The notes below the pieces were generated by a model. The model was not told where the DNA came from, made no database searches, and saw nothing but the letters and a program-made list of their open reading frames with translations. Positions 1-13,364 of a stretch of DNA of 64,000 bases are shown piece after piece (the first letter of the stretch is position 1; each line of letters starts with the position of its first letter). The position numbers were made by a program, and so were the translations under genes. Origin of the DNA: Trichosphaerium sp. ATCC 40318 (taxonomy: Eukaryota > Protista > Tubulinea); NCBI GenBank assembly GCA_038496445.1, contig JALMLS010000355.1:31008-95007 (forward strand), given 5' to 3'.

Positions 1-1117
1 GTTATTCTTTTTATGCTCTGTTTGGTTTCTCCACGTGTACAGAAAGCGCGTTAGACGGTGCCAAACCGAAAAGATAACGGCCCAAGGAGTACGCATACAT
101 GCTAATGCCGTTGTAAAAAATCGTTCTTAGCTATCTAATTTTTGAACACGTGCTTTTCATTCTTGATACAGAATTTGTCTAGCATCTGGTTAGGCGCATT
201 AAAAATTCTCTATTGGAGTACTCGGACGCGCATCACGGTTGGTGGCAAATGAATCAAGCAGATTTAACAGACTTATTTCGTCAAAGGCGTAGCTTCGTTG
301 TGTTTGCCTAAAATAGTAAAGATGATCTATGAAGCGTTTAAACGCAAGCGAAGCAATATGGAAGCAGACTATCGACAACATTTTTTCATACCAGATTACA
401 ATAACAATACACAAAAACTGCGATCACAATAACCACTTTCCTTCTCCGTCGTGTTAACACGATACAAAGGCATAGTAATACATGTCATTTTTTACATTTT
501 TACAAACGAACAAGCAGAGCTAGCGCAGATTCAAGGGCGAAGTGCAAGCTATCTTTGGGCCTTCTAAACCGAATGAGGAAGCTGTCGCTCAAGAACAAAA
601 GTCCTCGCTTTCTAATTTATTTAAAATTTGAGTGAGTTCAAAGACACCTAAATTGTTGTTATAGAGAACAACATGGCCGTGTTTCTACATAAACGAGAAA
701 CGAGAAATTTCGCAAGTAAGTAACTTGACACTTCTTTTTAGAAAAGAAGCTCAACTCTATATTCTTTTCTTCGGTTTTTTGGTTTGAGTTACACCTGTAA
801 GGATTAAGCTGTCGCTTCCCCTCACGTGTTATTTTTTGGAAGCACAAAAACCGATGAAATCTGGGTGTACATTAAATTTTTTGATCTATTTGTCGATACC
901 TCAGGCTGGTTACTAACCAAGAGGTTTTAAACAATTGGTATGAACTTGTTTAGGAAGTTTACAGAATTTATGTGAATGTGTGTGCCACCCGTTATTTCTC
1001 GAAGCTGTAAATGGGTTGTAAGAAATTGATAAAGAAGTTTACAGTGCAAATGTGAATGCGTGTACTTCCGTTATGTCTCTTAGTTTTTAAAAGCTTACAA
1101 CAGAAGAACATCAAAGG

Positions 1118-2828
<1,711 letters not shown>

Positions 2829-2963
2829 ACACGTGAACAATAAAGTACTTCAGTTTACACCCAATCGTAAACCTGAAGTTTCTCAGAATATCATGTATTG
2901 TTTAGTTATTAGCGGATAGCCGCCTACTATTTTATTGTACAAGTTACTTTAACATTCCATCGT

Positions 2964-4112
2964 TTATTGTATAAGTGAGAAATCATCTACTTTGTCATAT
3001 GCAGTTATAGATAGTAATGAATCCTGTAACAAACATAAGTACTTAAGAGAGCGTGATATTGCAAAAATTGTGTTGATTTTTACCTTGTTTTTTAAAGCAA
3101 GTTCAATGACATCACCAACATCACCATCATCTACAATACTAATCATAACTTTTCCTACTGGATGATAATACTCGAAATCCTTTAAATCAGACGAATTTAG
3201 TTTTAAACAGCAATAGGTGTTGAACCACATAATGTTTGCATCCGCTAGTAAACAAATAAGTGTTAATAATTCCAAGTGGCTAAAAAGGAAGAGGGCGTAC
3301 TGTTTATCTTTAAAATATAATTTTTGTCATGGTATTTCAGTAAAACATCACAAGTCTGCTTCAAAAGTGTTGGAGGTATGCTACTTGTGATAATTGGTGA
3401 TGTTGATACTGGCCGTTGAGGTGTTGCAGAAGGAAACGAGCCAACTGATAGGTTAGTTGAATGAATTGAACTTGTAGCGAGTGATGTCCTTTGACGTTGA
3501 GCTGGCCTTTGGGCTTCAGGTCCCTGATCTGGTTCTACACGTGCTCGTTTTGATATTTTTCTTGCTGTGGTTGGGACAAGGCTATTGTAGTCACCCAACT
3601 TACCCCGGTAGGGCAAAGTAAGTATGGAACATACAATACTTTCATCTGTTTGATGTGCATTAAAGCCTTCAACATTTGAACAATCAGCAATGATGTCTTC
3701 CACCTCTCGTTGAATAGAAATCGAATAGCGTCTTAATTTTTCTCTTAAGATTCTGCGTGTGACATCATGTCTCCAAGTAGTTGCCAAATAATCAAGCAAT
3801 GCTTGTGCGTTTGCCAAAAAACTAAAAGAAGACTTAGTAAAAAAAAAACTGCATTTATGTCACGTGATTCGGTTGGTTTTTTTATTTTGTTTTGTTTACA
3901 ACGCACGTTGTTTTGGTCTGCCATGTAGCACGTAAATCGTTGGGGTCTTGCAGAATACGGAAAATATGTACCAATAAATGTCCTTTGCCTTTGCCCCTTT
4001 ATTATATTTAAGGGGGCTGCTCCCTTAAGACTGGTAATCAAAAAAATGTAAAAACTTACCGGTGGCGTACAGGTCTATTTCTTGGTGGATCTAAGATTTG
4101 AATGTTGCTCAT
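2964..4112 (-). CDS. Unknown protein: N-terminal F-box-like motif, S/T/P-rich linker, C-terminal PB1-like segment (copy 1)
   Basis: Spliced frame MSNIQILD..R|GKGKGHLLVHIFRILQDPNDLRATWQTKT|TFLANAQALLDYL; frame supported by synonymous differences versus copy 2 (CGT/CGC, ATT/ATC, CTG/CTA, GAC/GAT). C-term DFEYYHPVGKVMISIVDDGDVGDVIELA. Further 5' exons are possible (4270-4430). Confidence 0.6.
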
Positions 4113-4924
4113 AATTTCTAGAGATGCAGTGTCGTATAGTATCAATAGGTTAACTTGGACTTTGAAAGAGTAAGAAAAAGTCAAAAAGAAGCACATTATG
4201 GACCGTTTATTAAACGTGTTCTGTTCGAATTCTGTTCGAAATTTTTTTTTGATGCTAACACTTAACTAACGGCTGGGCTTTTATTGAACGAAGTGCGGGT
4301 TCTTGTACTGAGGAAGTGAGCGGACCCAAAGGAACATCATAGGTGCCGTCCCACATTTTCGAACAGCTTTGGTATTCATTTAAGTTCTTCTCTTCGGAGT
4401 ACAAGCAATATTCAAGCTCCCACAAGTCATGATATTACAATTCGTTCAAGGGAAACTTTCGAACATTGTTAAGTTCTTCTGGTTTTTTTTACATCTTTTT
4501 TTCTTCTGGTTCGAATTTGTGTTTATCCTTGTTCACTATTTGTACTGCACAATACAGCGCCAATTAGATCTTAGGAAGGACATAGGGTCATCATGCCTTT
4601 GTGGATATGACGTAACAATAGAAGAATGTAACAGAAAACCCACCGAAATTGAAATGCCTTAAACATACAATATGATAGATCGTGTGTGAAGCCCAATTCA
4701 AAGAGACGTTACCACCTGTCAAATGCATGTATAATATATTTTACCACTTTAGTGGCAAATCCTCTGGTTAACCAAAGACCAATATGTCCTAACTAAACCT
4801 GTCATGACAACATTAACATTCCACAACAAAAAATACTAGATATTTACATCCATTTACCAAAAAACAAATGAGATCAAAAACAAAACAGTTGGTTGTTACC
4901 AACTATTTTCTTTACTAATTTTAT

Positions 4925-5581
4925 TCAAACACTCTGAATTATTTGTACATTATTAGAATAGATACAATGATAGACCAGGACACCATTTTCATTCCACTCC
5001 CTGTACTCTCCTTCAAGTATATTGTTCACAAAAATAAAACACTCCTGCAATTGTCCGTTATCATGCCATACCTTGTACTCTCCATGCTTTTTTCCTCCAA
5101 CGTAATTACCCTGCTCTGACAGCTTTCCATTTCTATACCAACACTTGTATTCACCTTCTTTTATGTCATTGACAAAGTGACAAAGTGCATACAAGGTACC
5201 ATTGTCAAAAAAGTAGTTGTGCTCGCCATCACGTTTACCATTGGCATAATAGCATTGTTCGAGTAATTTACCATTACTACGCCACTTTTTATACTCTCCA
5301 TGACGTAATCCATGGCTCCAATAGATCTGTTGTACTATTTTAGACCGTTTAAATTCTTTTTTGATCCATTTCCCTTGTTTATTAAACTCGTCATCAAACC
5401 TTGTTGTAACAGCTGTGTTTTTTGATAAACAAGGCCACTTTACATAAACATCATAGTCATAATCGACTATTGTAAACTGTAGCTCCAGTGGAAGTCTTAG
5501 AAGAAGACAATAGACAGTATTCATAAATGATAGTAACTTATTTGAATGAAGCAACAGAATTCGCAAGACTATTTCAACCAT
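4925..5581 (-). CDS. Intronless F-box-like + MORN-variant (YwqK-like) repeat protein
   Basis: LLRLPLELQFTIVDYD motif, then ~24-aa repeats (GLRHGEYKKWRSNGKL, GKRDGEHNYFFDNGTL, DIKEGEYKCWYRNGKL, GKKHGEYKVWHDNGQL, NILEGEYREWNENGVL). Start may be the Met at ~5523. Confidence 0.85.
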   Translation of the reverse strand: MVEIVLRILLLHSNKLLSFMNTVYCLLLRLPLELQFTIVDYDYDVYVKWPCLSKNTAVTTRFDDEFNKQGKWIKKEFKRSKIVQQIYWSHGLRHGEYKKWRSNGKLLEQCYYANGKRDGEHNYFFDNGTLYALCHFVNDIKEGEYKCWYRNGKLSEQGNYVGGKKHGEYKVWHDNGQLQECFIFVNNILEGEYREWNENGVLVYHCIYSNNVQIIQSV

Positions 5582-5743
5582 GTGTTAAAATCACGTGGGA
5601 GCTAAATAAGAGCTTGGACATAGTGAATCTTTAGATTACTCTAACTCCTACAAAACTAAGACCTCATAGGATAGTAACCTTATTCTTGCTTTGTCTATAA
5701 CTAGTTTATTGTGACATCAACTTCACATTCACCGTTCTACCAT

Positions 5744-6920
5744 TTATTGTCTTAGTGAAAAGTCATCGACTTTATCATACGCAGTTATAGATAATAACGA
5801 ATCCTACAAAGCAACAAATAAGATCAGTGTGGTGTACTTTCAAAAATGGTGTTGTGCTGATGTTTACCTTGTTTTTTAAAGCAAGTTCAATGACATCACC
5901 AACATCACCATCATCTACAATACCAACCATAACTTTTCCTACTGGATGATAATACTCAAAATCCTTTAAATCGCGCCAATTTAGCTTTAAACAGCAATAG
6001 GTGTTGAACCACATAATATTTGCATCCGCTAGTAAACAAAATAAGCGTCGGTCATTCCATGACTTGTTAGGAACAAGAATGGTGTAATGGGGGCGTACTG
6101 TTTAACTTTAAAATGTAATTCTTGTTGTGGTATTTCAGTAAAACATCACAAGTTGGCTTTAGAAGCTTTGGAGGTGTGCCGCTCATGGTCGCAATATTTG
6201 GTGATGGTGCTAAAAAAATAGGTGCAGCGAATCCCAGCTGTTCTACTGTTGGTGAGCTTTGGACTGTTACAGGTGAACTGCCTATGTTTGTCGCATTTGG
6301 TACTGCATAAGAAAGAAATGAGCCAATTGATGGATTAGTTGAACGTATTAAACTTGTAGAGGGTGATGTCCTTTGACGTTGAGCTGGCCTTTGGGCTTCA
6401 GGTCTCTGATTTGGTTCTACACGTGCTCGTTTTGAGGTGTTTCTTGCTGTGGTTGGGACAAGGCTATTGTAGTCACCCAAATTGCAATCGCGAGACAAAG
6501 TTAGTATGGAACATACAATACTTTCATCTGTTTGATGTGCATTAAAGCCTTCAACATTTGAACAATCAGCAATGATGTCTTCCACCTCTCGTTGAATAGA
6601 AATCGAATAGCGTCTCAGCTTGGCTCTTAAAATATCACGTGTGACATCATGTCTCCAAGTAGTTGCCAAATGATCAAGCAATGCTTGCCTGTTTGCCCAA
6701 AAACTAATAAAGCAATTAGAAACTGGTTTATTGTAACGTGATTACTTTTTTTTTTCAAACTAACCGTTAGTTCACATGTTCATGTGTCGGTTATTTTGTT
6801 ATTTTGATTTTATTTTATACGCACGTTGTATTGGTCTGCCACACAGCACGTAAATCATTGGGATCTTGTAGGATGCGGAAAATATGTACCAATAAATGTC
6901 CTTTGCCTTTGCCCCTTAGC
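5744..6920 (-). CDS. Paralog (copy 2) of the 2964-4112 gene; 5' end unresolved
   Basis: Near-identical exons (TTWRHDVTR.., DANIMWFNTYCCLKL.., DSLLSITAYDKVDDFSLRQ*), with a longer S/T/P linker. Confidence 0.6.
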
Positions 6921-7621
6921 CCATGTCAGATTTGAAGTTTTAACAACAAGTTTTATCAACAGCGAAACGTGCCTATTTCTTCTCCAATCCCTAGTTCGCT
7001 TAGCGCTCATAATTACCAGTTGCGTTTGGCGTCAACGAATGCTTCAGGATTTGTAGCAAAAACTGGTCAAACAACGAGCAATTAATTGCCCACGACTTTT
7101 TTCAAATCTTTTGGTGTTGGCATGGATTAAGTTTTTTTGTTTGTTTTTCTTTAGTTTTAGGGTTGATGTTTATCCGCATCGCGGCACAAAAATATATGAA
7201 CACGAGCCAGATGAGCATCACTCACGGTATTTTTTAGTAAAAGGCGAAAAAATAATACGTTCTGAGGATACTCCAGCAAGGTGAGAAAACGGTGAAAACC
7301 CAATTTCAAAATAGCATTTTCAAAAAAAAAAAGAGTGGTATACGTGTCACTGCTACGTTTAGCACTCAATAGCACTTAAAAGTACCCCTAGATGCTACTA
7401 CGGAACAAAGTTCCTGCAATGTGGAAAGATAGACAATCTTACGCTCTAAACTTGCTCACAAGGTGGTAAATACGCTGGCAGAGCACTTTGGGGTAGTACA
7501 GAACTTCAATATCTTGGGCTTAGAGAATGCAGAGTTTGTGCGCTCTCTCGCTTGGTTTTTCTTCGTTCTACACAGAACCCTACAAATTTAGAAGGACACA
7601 ACTTGACTAAATTATTTAACA

Positions 7622-8662
7622 ATGCAAGGACCAGTTATTGTAGGTCACCGAGGCGCTCGCGGTATCGTAGCCGAGAATACTCTCGCAAGTATCAAAGAGG
7701 GTTTGAAATACTCCCATCGTATCGAATTCGATGTGCATCTCACTAAAGACAACCACGTACATCATTTGCAGGGTTGAAAATACAAAATGTAACAAATCAC
7801 TATTATCAACCTCCATTTTACGCTATATACTCATATTGCTCTAGATTGTTGTTATTCATGACGACACAGTTGACAGAACAACTAATGGTAGTGGCAAAGT
7901 GGGTGATATGACACTAGAGGAGCTGAGGTGCCAGAATGCGCTAATAGACGCGAACTAATGTTAACGTTAGAAAATTAGACGCTGGCGAAAAACAACCTGT
8001 ACCAACGCTAATCGAAGTACTGGAAATTATTAAAGAACGCCCAGAGATACTGATTCACTTAGAACTGAAAGGTATGCAGTGTGAAAAAAATTGTAGTCTG
8101 TTTCGCGATTTTCTCTCCTTCTCACCAATGATCAAGGTGATGGAACCGCAAAACCATGTGTAGAGCTTGTAAAGAGCATGAAAATGGAAGATCAAGTACT
8201 TTACATAAGCTTCAAGCATGACATGCTTCAAACTGTTAAAAAGTTAAATGCTTCTCTTTCAATTGGACCGTTATTTAATAGAGACGTGACCAACGAGTTG
8301 ATAACGAAAGCAAAGGTACACGCTCCATAAAAAAATCTCGTTTCTTTTTTTTTTTGATTCAATCGTCGCTCTTGCGCTTCTTTAACGTACCAAACTAACG
8401 TCAAACAGGAGATGGGTGCTATAGAAGTTGGTGTAAACCATACACGCTGGAATGAATCCTTCATGAAGCACGCAAAGTCTCTTGGTACAACTTGAACAAT
8501 TATTTCTGTATTTTATAATTTTAACACCTCTCTTTAGGCTTAAAAGTACATTGCTATACGGTTAACGCTAAGGAAGATTTTGAAAAGTGTCTTACGCTTG
8601 GTTACGATGGTATAGTAACGGATAGACCGGATGAACTTAAAGTATTTTTATCGTCAAAATAG
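7622..8662 (+). CDS. Glycerophosphodiester phosphodiesterase (GDPD family)
   Basis: [55 protein letters not shown] and DGIVTDRPD motifs across exons. Confidence 0.95.
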
Positions 8663-8881
8663 TACCAATAAATATACTCTAGTAGTGGCTGGATACCTTG
8701 CTTTAGTCTAGTGACTTGATTTGTAAATGTTGTGGGCTATATTAAGTAAGTTGTCGCTTAGTCACTCCAGTGTACAACTGTTCGAAGCAGTGTCTATCAC
8801 TTCCGCCTAGTTTTTCACATACGTGTATTGTACGAGTGTTTTTGCGTTTTTCTCAGTTGTCATTAACTAGAGTTAGATAAT

Positions 8882-10272
8882 ATGGAAAACGTCGTAGATA
8901 CACTCCAGTCTATATATGATTACGGTTTAGACTATCCCTGGTCTTTTAAGGGAGTAGGCATTCCACTTATTGATAGTATGTTTTGGCCGTCTTTAATTGC
9001 CGCGATAGTATATTTCCCGATCATTTTTGGGTTGAAAAGGTAAGTCTAGTCACTATAATACTAAAATTTGATAAACACTCTAAAAGCGACCGCACGCGCT
9101 TACTCGTGCCTTGTCACGACTTTTACCAAAACAATTTCTTGGGGCATAACAGTGTGCCTGGATGGTTTACCATGATTCACCACGCTCCCATTACACCTAA
9201 AATCCACCTTTGCTCGCTTTTAACTACAAATTTGGGAAAAATCGGATTAGCGCTTACAAACACCTTAGATATATGAGAGATCGCCAACCATTTCAACTGA
9301 AGGGCCTATTGGCTCTTTGGAATTTTTTACTAGCCGGGTTTTCACTTATCGCAGGGATTTACGTCGTACCAATGCTTCTAAATGTCGTCAGAACAAAGGG
9401 ACTAGAAACAGCCATCTGCGACACGACTTGTCATGATCATCCGGGAACATTTTGGGTTTTGCTATTTTGTTTCTCAAAGGTACGTTTTTTGATCTATTTG
9501 GATAGCGTACAAAAAATCATTTTGCTAAAGGCGCACAAACAAGACTATTTTTTTTGAATTCAATTGTTCCCTGCTACTCGCGAGTAGTCAGTTTCTTTTC
9601 GCTATATTTTTCATTCCAAAACGCTAGTAGTTTGCTGTATGTTATCTAATGTTGTTAATTGTAGATTCCTGAGATGATAGACACCGTTTTCATTGTCTTG
9701 AGAAAAAGACCTTTAATATTCCTTCACTATTACCACCATTTGATGACACACTGCTACTGTTGGTTTGCAAACATTTATACGACGCCAGACTCATGCATTG
9801 GACACTGGTTCGCAGCAATGAATCTTATTGTACATACCATCATGTATACGTACTACGGTATGGCAAGCATGGGCGCAAGACCAACGTACGTCAAAAGGGA
9901 TACCAAAAGAGTGCTTTTTGATAATTCTGACCAAAAAAATCTCAAAAAGGAGAAAAACTAACACAAAGTGATTTGTGACTTTTTTTGTGATCTTTTTTTT
10001 TCTCTTTTCTCCGCACGTTTTTCTTACTTTTTTATTTTAGGTGGGGTATAGTACTTACAGCACTTCAAATATCACAAATGGTTGTTGGTATATGGACAGC
10101 TTGGATGAGTACAAAGTGTAAACCGTTCGACCCTTATGACAAAGTTTTCCTATTCACTTTTGGCATGTACCTCTCATACTTTTATCTCTTCAGCCAGCTA
10201 TTCTATTCCAAGTATTTATCAAAAGATGATACACGACTGTCAAAACGTGTCAAAGGCTTGAAGGATCAGTAG
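8882..10272 (+). CDS. Very-long-chain fatty acid elongase (ELO/GNS1/SUR4 family)
   Basis: FCFSK|IPEMIDTVFIVLRKRPLIFLHYYHH, MNLIVHTIMYTYY, TALQISQM, GMYLSYFYLF; basic C-terminus. Confidence 0.95.
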
Positions 10273-11165
10273 AGCCAAAAAAAAACAGTCAACAAAAAAA
10301 AAAACCTGAATAGCCTTTATTTTATTTTTTTTCTATTTATATTTGGGTCTTGGGTTTAATCAATACGCATATCACTCGTCCAAATACAGGAAAAAATAAA
10401 ACTTAACTTGTATACGCTATTGTGTTGGTTTTGGATTTAGAAGCATCCATCTTTACTCTACGTTGTAGTACATTATTGCGTGAAGCAAGTCATCAACCTT
10501 AACGTCATTTTATCTTATGGCAATTTTGGCCAATTTACAACGCCACATGGCATACTATCCACCCATTTCCTCAGTATTAGGGCTACCGCTTTTGAAACTT
10601 CCTCCAGTGCACAGTAAAAAACGTATGTTAATCGAACTAATTTGGTATTTTTGCACAATAATTATTTTAGTGTTACTAAAAAAAACCGTTTAGGAACACA
10701 TCGTGAAATTTCCTAACTCTAAGTCTTTATAAAACCGCTAGAACAGTTTAGTTCTTTGTGTGGCAGATCAGAGTTTGTGGATAGAATGAATATGTTATTA
10801 CTTGCTAATCGCTGTTTGAATTTTTTTTGAAATTACTTGTTTAATTATGACTTTACAGAATGTAAGTTGCCTTAAAATTGCACTATTATGAATTAGCACT
10901 AAGCTCAGTTGTTAGAATGGTTTGCGAACATAGGTAGCCCTCGTGCGACTCTGTAAGCTATTCATCCATGTATCCTTAAGGAGTACTTAAACGTGATGAA
11001 AGCAGGAAGTCACGTGCGTGCTACAAGCTTAGCGTTATTCAAGTCAAATCCATGTTGTCTTTAACGGTTTGTTGTGATGTAGTTAGATAATCAAAGCACT
11101 AAAGAGGTTAAGTGTAGGAGTAGATAGGTTTACTTAGGTACCTTGCTAAATACCATTATTTCACG

Positions 11166-12506
11166 ATGGATACTCTATTTATTGAGCTGTTAGTAGAAGT
11201 ATTGGAACATCTACCTTATGGGTGTATCTATAAAGCAAGTCAAGTAAATAAAGCGTTCTTGAAGGCCTCAAAAAACGAATTATTATGGCGACGGGCTTGT
11301 GTGCGTAGAGGATGGACAAAAAAAGCGACAGATGTGCGTCTGTACATGTATTTCGACATAAAAATACTAACAGTGCTCTAAAGCAATCTTGGCGCGTATA
11401 CTTTATCAGAAGAGAGCAGAATTACCATAAATACGCCGATATTATTAAAATTGCCCGAGAACAATCACCTATGGCTTTAAACGATACCAGTAAACCAAGA
11501 AATATCGTATACGATTCTAGTACACCTCCTAGGCACGAACGAGATGAGAAAATTAGATTTTAACGTTTCCAACTTCAGAGTTTTTTGACTTTTTGGTTTT
11601 TTTTTTTTGACTTTTTTTTGAGTTTAGGCAGGTCGTATGTTACAGTGGTGATATTATAAATGGTACACGGACTGATAGATCTTATCTTAAAATTAAAGTA
11701 TTGATGAATGTGCCCTTTGACGTGATTGTACGCGGTTGAACGCCGAAATTATCTTTTTTTTTTTGGTCACGTGACAACTTTTTCATTATTGCAGTTTGTT
11801 GACTTGTTATCGTTTTTTGTAACTTGTGTTTGATTTAATTATTAGGTATCGATTTTGAAGGATCCTACACAGAGAGCAAAGTGGGATAATACTCTATCTT
11901 TTGGTACAGTTATTTCAACACTAGATAATTGCAATCACATCGCTCATATGGTTTATTATGGTACTGGTTGGCTTCATTCTTTGATTATTTACTCAAGTCT
12001 ATTGTTTTAATTAAAATATGCTATTAGGTATGCACGTACAAGAGGTTAGGAGCATTATATACGCAGACAATGGTAAGTATTACATCTACACTGTAGGTGG
12101 TTGAGCCAATGAAGTTGGATTTTGAAGTTTTTTTGAAATCTAAGCGATCATTTTTCGGAATGTAACTTAACTTTTCAAAGGGAAAACATGTTACATTTGT
12201 GAACATTCGTTGAATGCTTCTTCTCCTGAGATACATGCATGCCTTGGGCTAGATATGGAAAATGAAATATGCAAGTATGGTTCAGGCAAGTCATTTTTTA
12301 TGAAGCTACTTCAATTTTTTTTACCTGTTACTCATGTATGGTTGTTAGGTTGGTGTTTCCATAATGTTGGTCCCAAAAAGACAAGCGTAACTTATTGTAT
12401 TCAAGTACTTGGAAATCAAGGGTATTCAATGGCTATGTTTGTTAATATACGGATACGAGTACTTAGTGCACTTGAACGTTATTGTATTTCCAAAATTGTA
12501 AAATAG
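11166..12506 (+). CDS. F-box + START-like domain protein (copy 1)
   Basis: N-term MDTLFIELLVEVLEHLPYGCIYKASQVNKAF..NELLWRRAC (F-box). Later exons ILKDPTQRAKWDNTLSFGTVISTLDNCNHIAHMVYY and GWCFHNVGPKKTSVTYCIQV resemble the START/SRPBCC core. Confidence 0.7.
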
Positions 12507-13364
12507 ATCTATAACTTCTACTGTTTTTCCTTCATCACAATTATGTAACAGTTGTTTATTGCTCACATGAACCATAGACACTATACCCGGTAAACTATAG
12601 TGATTGAAAATAGTAAAGTCTTGTGAATAGCTATGACTTTAGTGTGCGGATAGTAGTGACATTTATTCTTTGGTACTTACTTTTGTCAATACAATTACAA
12701 ATTGGGGTTGTTTTGAATACTTCCAAATTCTTGTGTCACGTTAGTACTCTTGAGATAAATAAAACGAATACCATATAGCGCTTTGATTCCCTCATCTGTT
12801 ATTTGGATTCCTTCAAGTAGATAGTGTGTCACCTGTCGACTTTCATTTAAAACAGGTACATTTTTTGGACAAGAGGATAAAATTTTGAGTTTTCTAGGCG
12901 CCTACAATCACTTAAACCCTTTTGTTGCTAAGAATTGGTACGTAATTGGCTGTTCTACGGGAAGTTGCCAATCAAATCGCCGTGACTGTCCGAGCTATAT
13001 GTAAGCGCTTCCACATAGGCTTAAACGCTTTGTTTAACACCATGTACCAAGTGTGAAAGTACGAAAGTTTATAACTACGGTATGCACAATAATTTATTTT
13101 CCCTCAGGATGGGACATTTTATCTCACCAAATTTGATGAAAACTCGCAAAAAATCGGCCAAATAGTTGTGTTTTGTATTTCTTTTGAAAACTCGTGCTCA
13201 CTTTCGGTGTAATAATTTCAACGTTTAACGTTTAAAAAAGCATCAAACACGCGTTTATTACGTAGGTTAGAACATGTTACCAAAAATGTCGCGAAATTCA
13301 CAAAAAAAGCGGACAAACGTTTTGGCCATCTCTTCTTTTCAAAATTGGCTCGTAAACAACTCAT

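Noticed and set aside
1-850. Short ORFs 199-414 and 659-847
   Set aside because: No motifs or consistent splice chain.
950-1085. Imperfect ~80 bp tandem duplication upstream of the subtilisin gene
   Set aside because: Only two degenerate units and no evidence of function.
9040-9269. Long first intron of the elongase as a snoRNA host
   Set aside because: No convincing C/D or H/ACA boxes seen by eye.
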